NCBI GenBank assembly: GCA_038243585.1 | Contig: JBBSQY010000047.1 | Span: forward strand, 1-25,321 | Direction of reading: 5' to 3' | Length of the DNA stretch: 25,321 nt | Source: Candidatus Sumerlaeales bacterium | GTDB lineage: Bacteria > Sumerlaeota > Sumerlaeia > Sumerlaeales > Sumerlaeaceae | Part shown: one piece after another, positions 16,686-24,590 of the stretch | How positions within the stretch are numbered: position 1 is the stretch's first letter | How the letters are laid out: every line of letters starts with the position of its first letter | The notes under the pieces: model-generated | Seen by the model: only the letters and a program-made list of their open reading frames with translations | Databases searched by the model: none | Told to the model about the DNA's origin: nothing | Translations under genes and position numbers: made by a program

Positions 16686-17635
16686 TATAACTGGTCTCCG
16701 GTCAGGCGCAGAAAAACGTCTTCCAGATTGGAAGGGCGCGGCGTGATAACGCTTCCGGGGGTTGATTCCAAACGGGTCAATGTTTCCTGGCGGTGAGCCG
16801 GATCGATGCTCATTAGCCAGCCTTGACCAAAAGGGCGCAGCCATGCGCCGGTGCGGTCGGAAATCTCGCGTAGAATTGCTTCGTCAATGCCTTCACACTC
16901 GACCACTTCGCCGCCGATGACACGCTGGATGAGTTCCGCCGGTGTGCCCTCGTCTACCAGTTTGCCTTGTTGCATCAGGATCAGGCGGTCGCTGAGGCGC
17001 TGGGCTTCGTCCATGTAATGGGTCGTCAGGATAAGACCACAGCCTTCGTCCCGCAGTTCAGACACCAGCTTCCAGAACCCCTGACGGCTGTCGGGGTCAA
17101 GGCCAGTAGTCGGCTCGTCCAGAAACACCAGGCGGGGGCGATTCAGCAGCGCCCTGGCCAGCACCAGCCGCCGTTTTAATCCGCCGCTTAAATCATCCGG
17201 TTTATGGTCGCGATGCTCCTTAAGGCCGAGGCGTTCGATCAGTTCGTCGGCGCGATGGCGGGCCTGATCTCGGCTGAAACCGTAGTGATTAGCGAATACA
17301 ACAAGGTTATAGTACACGCTGAAATCAGGATCGAGGTTATCCTCCTGGGTGACAATGCCCATGCTCGCACGAGCCTCCCGACCCTGCTGAGGCAGGCGGA
17401 GTTCGCCGAAGCGCACCTCGCCGCGGGTGGGCAAAACGCCGCCATACATCATTCCGACAGTCGTGGTTTTTCCGGCACCGTTAGGCCCGAGAAACCCAAG
17501 GATTTCACCAGCGCCCACATGGCAGGTCACGCCGCGCACGACGTCAGTGCCGTTATAGGTTTTCCAGAGGTCTGTGGCGGTTAGCATAGCAGGAACGTGT
17601 ATTGGAAATATGCGGGATTCTTCAATGGGATGCAA
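16685..17635 (-). CDS. ABC exporter ATP-binding protein, NodI-like
   Basis: Walker A GPNGAGKTT, Q-loop VTQEDNLDPD, signature LSGGLKRRL, Walker B LVFLDEPTTGLDP, H-loop TTHYMDEA, and NLEDVFLRLTG. Alternative start at 17587 (MLTATDLWK). Confidence 0.93.
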   Translation of the reverse strand: MHPIEESRIFPIHVPAMLTATDLWKTYNGTDVVRGVTCHVGAGEILGFLGPNGAGKTTTVGMMYGGVLPTRGEVRFGELRLPQQGREARASMGIVTQEDNLDPDFSVYYNLVVFANHYGFSRDQARHRADELIERLGLKEHRDHKPDDLSGGLKRRLVLARALLNRPRLVFLDEPTTGLDPDSRQGFWKLVSELRDEGCGLILTTHYMDEAQRLSDRLILMQQGKLVDEGTPAELIQRVIGGEVVECEGIDEAILREISDRTGAWLRPFGQGWLMSIDPAHRQETLTRLESTPGSVITPRPSNLEDVFLRLTGDQL

Positions 17636-17705
17636 TGGATACGTTCCAGACTATTGAAACACCAGTGCATGGCGCTGGGGACGGCAAAAGCTGGAAAAGG
17701 GAACT

Positions 17706-18629
17706 TTAGCGATAGTAAGATTTAATCGTGCCGGCGGTGGCGGGGTCGAACTCGTGGTTTTCTGCTTCCGCGCATGGGGCTGAACAGCTTCGACGGTGTT
17801 CGATTTCACAGGGGACGCAACACAGGAACTGACGGTCGCACGCGAGGTTTGCACAGTTGACGTAGCGTTCTGTTTCGCCGTTGCAAAAATAGCAGTGGCT
17901 GATTACGGTCGCATCCGATGTGCGGTTCACGGGAACGGTCACGCGCTCATCGAACACATAGCAGCTTCCCTCGAACAGTCGACCCTGCGTCTCCGGGTCC
18001 TTCCCGTAGGTCACAATGCCGCCCTCAAGCTGACAGACGTCTTTGAAGCCCTGCTCCATGAGCATGGCGGAGAATTTCTCGCAGCGGATGCCGCCAGTGC
18101 AGTAGGTGAGGATAGTCTTGTCACGGTATCCGTCCAGAGTTTCGCGGACCCATTGCGGGAAATCGCGAAAATTTTTCACCGTAGGCTGGATGGCGCCGCG
18201 AAAGTGACCGACATTGTATTCGTAATCATTGCGAGCGTCAACCACGACCACGTCGTCGCGCTGCATGGTTTCGAGAAACTCAGCGGGTTTCAAGCGGCGT
18301 CCTGTCCGCTGGAGTGGATCCACATCGACGGGAAGCCTGAGACGGACAATCTCTGGCCGCTCTTTTATAATCATCTTGCGAAACGCATGGCCATCTGCTT
18401 CGTCAATTTTCAGTTCCATATCAACGAACCGCGGGTCGTCTCGCAGAGCGGATATGTAAGAGGTTGTCTGGTCTATCGTGCCGGAAACTGTACCGTTTAT
18501 GCCCTCCGCTGCCACCATAATGCGGCCGCGGAGATCAAGATCTGCGCACAGCTTTTTGTGGTCCCGTACAAAAGCCGCCGGATCATCTATAGTTACATAT
18601 TTATAATAAAGTAGTACGCGATAAGGCAT
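17706..18629 (-). CDS. trhO: tRNA uridine(34) hydroxylase TrhO (YceA/UPF0176 rhodanese-domain protein)
   Basis: YRVLLYYKY, LRGRIMVAAEGINGTVSG, DARNDYEYNVGHFRGA, YCTGGIRCEK, QLEGGIVTY, GSCYVFDERV, and a Cys-rich C-terminus. Start placed at MPYRVLL (18629); the ORF track extends to 18680. Confidence 0.92.
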   Translation of the reverse strand: MPYRVLLYYKYVTIDDPAAFVRDHKKLCADLDLRGRIMVAAEGINGTVSGTIDQTTSYISALRDDPRFVDMELKIDEADGHAFRKMIIKERPEIVRLRLPVDVDPLQRTGRRLKPAEFLETMQRDDVVVVDARNDYEYNVGHFRGAIQPTVKNFRDFPQWVRETLDGYRDKTILTYCTGGIRCEKFSAMLMEQGFKDVCQLEGGIVTYGKDPETQGRLFEGSCYVFDERVTVPVNRTSDATVISHCYFCNGETERYVNCANLACDRQFLCCVPCEIEHRRSCSAPCAEAENHEFDPATAGTIKSYYR

Positions 18630-18710
18630 GATATTACGGTCTATTGTGGCGGCTTTGGAGTATTTGACACAAAGGTACATTGGGGCGAAGAACTGTAAAT
18701 CACGGACGAG

Positions 18711-19649
18711 TTAATCGACCGCCATGGCGCGGGCGAGGGCAGCCCCGGTGAGGGCATTGTTTTCCAGCAGGGAGACGTTGGCGATCGTGCTGCGGCCGTG
18801 GCTGATTTCTTCCAACTTTTTTAACAGAAATGGCGTGACAGCTTTGCCGGTGACGCGGCCTGTTTCTGCGGCGCGGTTGGCTTTGGTGATCCATGTTTCC
18901 AGTTCAGTGGGGTTAATTGCGTGTTCCTCTGGCACCGGGGTTACGACGAGGACGCCACAGCCACCCATGGCTCAGTGAGTCTTGGCCATCCTTGCGATTT
19001 TCTCCAGAGAATCCGAGTGTGTCTCCAGCGGGTAAAGGCTTTCTCGCGAATGAAACAGCGGAAGATTCTTTGTTTTATAACCTATAATCGGCACTCCGAG
19101 AGTTTCCAGGTGCTCCAACGTCGCAGGCACGTCCAGAATCGACTTAACTCCGGAGCACACCACAGCCACGGGATATCGCGCCATGGCGATCATGTCGCTG
19201 GATACATCATGCAAGTTCGCGTAGTTGCGATGGACCCCGCCAAGACCGCCGGTGGAAAAGACTCGGATGCCCGCCGCGGCGCATACATGAACAGATGCCG
19301 CGACGGTAAAGGCTCCGGCCTCACGTCTGGTTGCGGCCGCCGCCATGTTTTGAAGATTCACTTTGGTCACTTTGGCACCCGGTTCGCAGAAGACGGCCAT
19401 CTGCTCCGGCGAGATGCCCACTTGAACTTTGCCGTCGAGCAGTCCAAGGGTCGCCGGGGTGCAGGAATTCTCATAAGCCATTCGTTCACACTGTTTGCCG
19501 ACTTCCATATTTTGGGGATAAGGCAGGCCGAAACTTAAAACAGTTGTCTCAAATGCAACGACAGGCGTGCCGGCGTCGAGGGCTGATTGGACATGGGGCG
19601 CGATGGTCAGCCACTTGTTTGCGGTTGATTCCGGTGTGGGCATTGTCAT
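18711..19649 (-). pseudogene. psuG: Pseudouridine-5'-phosphate glycosidase interrupted by a single in-frame TGA (18972-18974)
   Basis: The 225-aa ORF (PVVAFETTVLSFGLPYPQN, FSTGGLGGVHR, VVCSGVKSILDVPATLEHLET) and the 85-aa ORF (GVLVVTPVP, GKAVTPFLL, ANVSLLENNA) are in the same frame: CAC TGA GCC ATG. Together they span 313 codons, about full PsuG length. Confidence 0.88.
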
Positions 19650-19707
19650 TATGGCAGCCTTCCATATTATATCGGTTACACAGGCACGACGCCTATGCTA
19701 CGTCATT

Positions 19708-19739
19708 AAAAAAGCGGCGGCCCGGTTTGGGCCGCCGCT
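19708..19739 (-). terminator. Intrinsic terminator of the glycoside hydrolase gene
   Basis: Perfect 11-bp stem AGCGGCGGCCC/GGGCCGCCGCT with a 5-nt loop. The A-run at 19708-19713 gives a U-tract on the minus strand. Confidence 0.9.
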
Positions 19740-19766
19740 ATGTCATTTTTCTGCTGTCTTAAAACT

Positions 19767-20975
19767 TTACTTGGTTGTCATGTTGTCTGCGGATTTTGTT
19801 CCGGTAGTTGATTTGTCCGCGCCGGTCAGGGATTTGATGTAGTCGACTTCTTCCTGACGGTATGGCGTGCCATCCGTGCGGAAAATATCGTGGAACCAGA
19901 CTGGAGGCTCAGGGCCGTATTCTTTTTCCCAGGAGTCCCATGGAAAGATGGTCTGAGATTTTCCTGATACAAACCCCCAGTTATAAGCGCCAACTTTTTC
20001 CTTTTTCAGGTAGCCCATAACTGGATCAAACGTGCTGCCAATAGGGCGAGCCATATACTCTGTGCAGATTAACGGGCGGTTATACCCTTTCAGACTTTCG
20101 ACAGCCTTTGTCATTTTTTCCAGCGAAGCATAATTGTGGAAGCTAATGACGTCGCTGTTCTCAATCTGAACGCGTTCAATAGGCTTTAATTTGGCAGGGT
20201 CAGACCAGTCTTCCCCTACCCATACTCCCGATGTAAGCGGCTGCATTGGCTTAGCTTCCCGGGCCCAGGCAAAGCTCTTTGCGAGCAGCGGCAATACCAA
20301 TTCATTCTTATTTTTAAGTTCTACGTCCTTGTACTGGGGAACTGGATTGTCCGGCTCGTTCCAGATATCCCAGATCTGCACACGCGAATCGTCTTTAAAA
20401 TGTCCGACAACACCTTTCACGTATGCTTCCAACACTGGATATTTCGAAGGATCTTTCAGCACGTCTGCGCCCGGAGACTGAACCCATCCGGAGTTATGCG
20501 TAAACGGTTTAGGTTCCGGCTGCTTACCAGGTTTCGGAAACGGGCTCCAAACGCTGTCAAATAGTACGAACATGGTGCCGATTTTGCGCTTATCTGCGAT
20601 TTCCAGATACTTTTCCATGCGCTCGATCAGGCCCTTACTGTCCTGTTCCCATAGCATGTGATGCAGATATACGCGCATGGTGTTAAAACCAAGATCTTGC
20701 GCGTAGCCTAATTCTTTATCAATGGCAGCCGGATCAAAAGTATCGGCCTGCCACATCTCAAGCTGGTTAATGGCGTAGGCAGGGGCGAAGTTTGATCCTA
20801 CAAGCCATGGCTGTTCTGCATACCATGTGTTGGCTTTTTCTGCAGTCCAGGGCGTGGTGGTGGCGCTGTCATTCTGGGCCATCGCCGGGGTCATGAGGCA
20901 GCCAGCCGCCAGTAGAAGTGATGTCGTGAAGATGCGTCGCATACGTGTTCGCTCTTTTCGTGATAATAATTTCAT
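19767..20975 (-). CDS. Secreted clan GH-A glycoside hydrolase (GH5-like)
   Basis: Acid/base motif WDIWNEPDN and nucleophile motif LICTEYMARP. Also GFNTMRVYLH, DVISFHNY and WFHDIFR. Signal peptide from a likely start at 20942 (MRRIFTTSLLLAAGCLMTPAMA). Confidence 0.88.
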   Translation of the reverse strand: MKLLSRKERTRMRRIFTTSLLLAAGCLMTPAMAQNDSATTTPWTAEKANTWYAEQPWLVGSNFAPAYAINQLEMWQADTFDPAAIDKELGYAQDLGFNTMRVYLHHMLWEQDSKGLIERMEKYLEIADKRKIGTMFVLFDSVWSPFPKPGKQPEPKPFTHNSGWVQSPGADVLKDPSKYPVLEAYVKGVVGHFKDDSRVQIWDIWNEPDNPVPQYKDVELKNKNELVLPLLAKSFAWAREAKPMQPLTSGVWVGEDWSDPAKLKPIERVQIENSDVISFHNYASLEKMTKAVESLKGYNRPLICTEYMARPIGSTFDPVMGYLKKEKVGAYNWGFVSGKSQTIFPWDSWEKEYGPEPPVWFHDIFRTDGTPYRQEEVDYIKSLTGADKSTTGTKSADNMTTK

Positions 20976-21154
20976 CCCATAAACTTTAGGATGATGCGGT
21001 TAGCATTCCGCTTATGGACTGTAAATGGCGCGATAAGGTTTCCACGGGTCAAGTTTAAATGTGGATGATGGACTTGTCGGACCGGTTGACTTGTGAATTC
21101 TTTCGCCCCTGCGCGTAACTTGACCCGCGACTTTTCCCCAGCGAGAGATTACTT

Positions 21155-22312
21155 ATGGCCGACGTTCAACTCAACAAGCCACTTTATAAAGAGGAAGGCA
21201 TAGACACCTTCGTTCAGCCGATACCGCGTCCGCCACGGGCCAGTCTGCTTGGCCGTGGAGCTGCCGTATTTTTGGATATCATGTTTCTTCACCTGGTTTT
21301 TGCCGGTGTGGTTCGTTTTATTCCCGATGTACCGTTGGCTCTTGGGCCGCTGGCACCATGGGTCGGACTTCTTCTTGGGTTTCTCTATTTTGGCATTGGC
21401 TTCAGTCATCTTACCCTGGGGCGCACCCTGGGCAAACTGATTACGAGGGTGCAGGTGGCAGAAATAGCAGGACCCGATCTGCCACTGGGCCGAGCTTTCC
21501 TGCGCGCGGGGTTATTTTTGTGGCCCCTCCCCGTCCAATTGCTGCTGCGCAATATCGCAGAGCATTACGCCGGGACTAACCCAACCAGCATTTATACATC
21601 CATCGAGGTATTCGGCACGATGCTGATTTTCGGTTGGGTGTTGGGTAACCTGGGTTTCGCGGCTTTTGACCCGTATGGCAGGACTGTATATGACCGGGCA
21701 GCGGATTCCGTGGTAATTAATGCCGAACTGGAAGCGGAACCGGTGGCGGCTTACCTCGCGGATGTTCGCACGGCCAGCCTTGAACCGCCCCTGCGGCGTT
21801 CAATCACAACCCTCGGGTTGGCGCTTACGGTTTGTATGGCATTCGCCGCCGCATCGTCGATTTCGATAATGCGCCAACTGCGTGACCTTACCCCAGTCGC
21901 GCGAGAACGGGTACAGGCGCTCGTCGTTCCGCAATTCGGGCGTGCGTGGCCAGCGCCGCCATTGTCTGAAGCTGTCACCACGGAAACCATCCCCGTATCG
22001 TTTCATTTTCGCAAACGGGGCCATGTGGACGCCGAGGCGCTGAAAGCTGATGTCGCCACCACCGGAACGTTTGAGCGGCTGATCGCCAACACCACCGGGC
22101 CGGATTTTATGGAAGAGATTCAGGATTATATCAATTCTTCCAATATGGATCGCATGAAGCGGGGAGAAGCGCCCACGTCTGCGCCTGAGCGCATCCAGTT
22201 TGAGCTTAGTTTTGTAGAGTATGCGGATTTGTTTTTCGCGAAGGAAGCTCACCCGGTCTACACGCTGAGCCGGGAGATCGATCTTCCTACGAGCATTACC
22301 GAGTTGCAGTAG
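21155..22312 (+). CDS. RDD-family membrane protein with a C-terminal soluble domain
   Basis: ASLLGRGAAVFLD, GRTLGKLITRVQV, RAFLRA and RTVYDRAADSVVI are RDD motifs. A further TM helix is followed by about 150 hydrophilic residues. Confidence 0.85.
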   Translation: MADVQLNKPLYKEEGIDTFVQPIPRPPRASLLGRGAAVFLDIMFLHLVFAGVVRFIPDVPLALGPLAPWVGLLLGFLYFGIGFSHLTLGRTLGKLITRVQVAEIAGPDLPLGRAFLRAGLFLWPLPVQLLLRNIAEHYAGTNPTSIYTSIEVFGTMLIFGWVLGNLGFAAFDPYGRTVYDRAADSVVINAELEAEPVAAYLADVRTASLEPPLRRSITTLGLALTVCMAFAAASSISIMRQLRDLTPVARERVQALVVPQFGRAWPAPPLSEAVTTETIPVSFHFRKRGHVDAEALKADVATTGTFERLIANTTGPDFMEEIQDYINSSNMDRMKRGEAPTSAPERIQFELSFVEYADLFFAKEAHPVYTLSREIDLPTSITELQ

Positions 22313-22320
22313 TGTGGGCT

Positions 22321-22342
22321 GGATGGCTGGAGCCATCCCTAC
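22321..22342 (-). repeat. Isolated REP-like palindrome
   Basis: The reverse complement reads GTAG-GGATGGCT-CC-AGCCATCC, identical to copy 1 (12254) over the first 13 nt. It lies in the RDD-kinase intergenic gap. Confidence 0.7.
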
Positions 22343-22378
22343 CTTTGAATTGTCGCAGTCGCAGGAGCTATCTTACGA

Positions 22379-23497
22379 ATGAGTATTTTTAACAACGATA
22401 CTAAAACCCGGCTGGCTTTTAACCTTGATGGGCCGGCAGTTTCTGAAGATGGAAGCATTTCGGCGTTCAAATCTGGCGACACATCCGCCAAGCGCGCTCT
22501 TGAGACCATTGTCGAGCCGGGAACCGTGATTAACGGCTACGAAGTGGGGCGGATGTCGGGGCGCGGTGGAATCGCGGCGGTATATGAGGCTCGCCACCTT
22601 GAAACGGATCGCGCGGTCGCCTTGAAAGTGCTGGACGCACGCTTCACAGGAAGCGCGGAAGTCGTATCGCGGTTTCTGTGCGAGGGGCAAACCCTTTCGG
22701 GATTTGATCATCCCAACATTGTTCATCACATCGCCCACGGGCGCGACGACACTTTTGTGTACGTGGTGATGGAGCTGGTAAAAGGGATAACTCTTGATCA
22801 ATTGGGTCACTCAATTCGGCTGGAGAACCACCATTACGTTCACTTGGCCCGCGAGATCAGCAAGGGGCTGACCCGGGTTCACGCAGAAGGAATGGTGCAT
22901 GGAGACATTAAACCCTCCAATATCCTGGTCACACGATCGGGCGATGTAAAGATTTCCGATTTCGGGGCGGCGTCCAGGTCCACCGCAGCCGGCGGCGCGC
23001 GCGCTGCTGGCAGCAAGGTGTCCGGCACGAGCGCATACATGGCTCCGGAGCTTTTTATCCAGCGGGGTGACGTAGACCATCGGGCGGATATTTACTCTCT
23101 GGGAGTCACGTTTTATAAGCTATTTACTACCAAACTCCCTGCTCAACCGTGGGTGCCGGCGACCCAGTTAAATCCAGAGCTGCCAGATAATGTCGACGCT
23201 CTGTTGCTCCGGGCATTGCAAGAAAACCCTGACGATCGCTATGTGACGGTAAAAGAATTTTGCGATGCGCTGGCCACGGGTTTTGACGAAAACGCCCAGA
23301 CGACGCCAGTGGCCATCAGCCCGGATCGGGAAGCACGAGCGGCTGCCGAGGTTGAAGCTGCCAAACGCGTGAAAGCTGCGGAGGAGACTGCTGCCCTGGC
23401 AAAAGATAAAGTCGACTGGCGGCTGGTGGGATTATGTGCCGTAGCAGGGTTTGTTCTGGCAGCGGTGTTACTGGGTTTTGCAGTGTTTTACGGATAA
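22379..23497 (+). CDS. Hanks-type Ser/Thr protein kinase with a C-terminal membrane anchor
   Basis: GRGGIAAVY, VALKVL, HPNIV, HGDIKPSNIL, DFG, GTSAYMAPE and DIYSLGV. Terminal hydrophobic helix LVGLCAVAGFVLAAVLLGFAVFYG. Confidence 0.93.
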   Translation: MSIFNNDTKTRLAFNLDGPAVSEDGSISAFKSGDTSAKRALETIVEPGTVINGYEVGRMSGRGGIAAVYEARHLETDRAVALKVLDARFTGSAEVVSRFLCEGQTLSGFDHPNIVHHIAHGRDDTFVYVVMELVKGITLDQLGHSIRLENHHYVHLAREISKGLTRVHAEGMVHGDIKPSNILVTRSGDVKISDFGAASRSTAAGGARAAGSKVSGTSAYMAPELFIQRGDVDHRADIYSLGVTFYKLFTTKLPAQPWVPATQLNPELPDNVDALLLRALQENPDDRYVTVKEFCDALATGFDENAQTTPVAISPDREARAAAEVEAAKRVKAAEETAALAKDKVDWRLVGLCAVAGFVLAAVLLGFAVFYG

Positions 23498-23525
23498 AGG
23501 TCCGAGCTGCACATCGATCAATGTT

Positions 23526-24590
23526 TCACTCCGCTATGGGCAATTCCATGATCACAATAAACACTCTAACCGGATCTTCCGACGGGCCGTCGACCTGTAG
23601 TGGAAATCTGGCGTTTATCCATTGGGGCGATAAGAAGTAAATCAGGGCTGGGCTTCGCATCTTTATTAGGGATTGGATGACAAGTTCCGCCTGGGCCACG
23701 GCTTCATCGGATCGCAATCCGTTTCCCGCAATAGCTTCGTTCAGTTGCCAGCGCAGGTCTGCGGTCTCCCGGCTATAGGGTTCCAGTTCAACGGTGGCGG
23801 AGGTGCGTTGTTTGGAAAGCCCGCTGCTATTTAGCGTTATGCGTCTTGAAGAGATTTCCCCATTCACACCTGCGCGAGCAATCCATCCAGGCTGTTCCCC
23901 GGCGACGAGGGGAGAATGCGTATCACTCCAAATGCTGAAGGATTTAACACTCCATTTGGCCCGTTCCGCATCCAGTTCACCAACAAGTGGCGCCCTCCCT
24001 GCCGCATTTCCGCGCAGGAAAAGATAAACATCCCCTTCAGTAGTTCCGACATCATCGGGCTGCGATCCTGCCGGTCCGGGTTTATACACCTTGAGCGTGG
24101 CAGCGGCTTCCATTGCCCGGCCGGTCATCCAGACGGGATGAGTCGTTTCCAATCCGTCCGCCTGCACCCCCACATGAACGTCGGCCCATTGCCGGGCGCT
24201 GCTACCTGACAAAGTAGAATAAGGGTACCATGCCGTCATACTGGCGTGGCTAATTCCCAGTTCCTGCCGAACCTGAAACAGCATCGGCCCGGCCATCATT
24301 TGAGGGGGGATAATATAAAGGGCGGAAAAGTCAAGCCAGGCATTCGTGGTCGCGGTGGTGGAACTGGCGGTATGGACAAATTCCGGAAGTTCGAGAAGTT
24401 CGGATTCGTGGATAGTGTGAAAGCTGGACCGGATAATGCCGAACTGGTGAACTGCGGCAAGGGGACTCGCAGTCATTGACGCCGTGGTCTCGCGAGCGGT
24501 CGCCGCCATGGCTATGCAGGAAAACAGCAGAAACGAAAGGATCCGACCGGGTTTGATGCCTCTATCCGACGGAGATATCAGGGTGCTCAA
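23526..24590 (-). CDS. Hypothetical exported protein
   Basis: 354-aa ORF whose TTG start overlaps the upstream TGA. Hydrophobic signal-like segment RILSFLLFSCIAMAATA. No recognisable catalytic motif. Confidence 0.7.
   Translation of the reverse strand: MSTLISPSDRGIKPGRILSFLLFSCIAMAATARETTASMTASPLAAVHQFGIIRSSFHTIHESELLELPEFVHTASSTTATTNAWLDFSALYIIPPQMMAGPMLFQVRQELGISHASMTAWYPYSTLSGSSARQWADVHVGVQADGLETTHPVWMTGRAMEAAATLKVYKPGPAGSQPDDVGTTEGDVYLFLRGNAAGRAPLVGELDAERAKWSVKSFSIWSDTHSPLVAGEQPGWIARAGVNGEISSRRITLNSSGLSKQRTSATVELEPYSRETADLRWQLNEAIAGNGLRSDEAVAQAELVIQSLIKMRSPALIYFLSPQWINARFPLQVDGPSEDPVRVFIVIMELPIAE

Noticed and set aside
16686..16844. N-terminal extension of the NodJ-like ORF to 16844
   Set aside because: It overlaps the conserved C-terminus of the ATPase. 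The TAATG coupling at 16685 gives a better start.
15822..17635. Nodulation function for the NodI/NodJ-like pair
   Set aside because: The family is widespread outside rhizobia and no nodABC genes are present, so gene symbols were withheld.
18972..18974. Genome-wide UGA reassignment (code 4 or 25) or selenocysteine at the psuG TGA
   Set aside because: TGA ends several complete genes here (138, 5684, 10493 with ATGA coupling, 15767, 23526, 24587) and Trp is encoded by TGG. The position is not a Cys site and I see no convincing SECIS-like hairpin.
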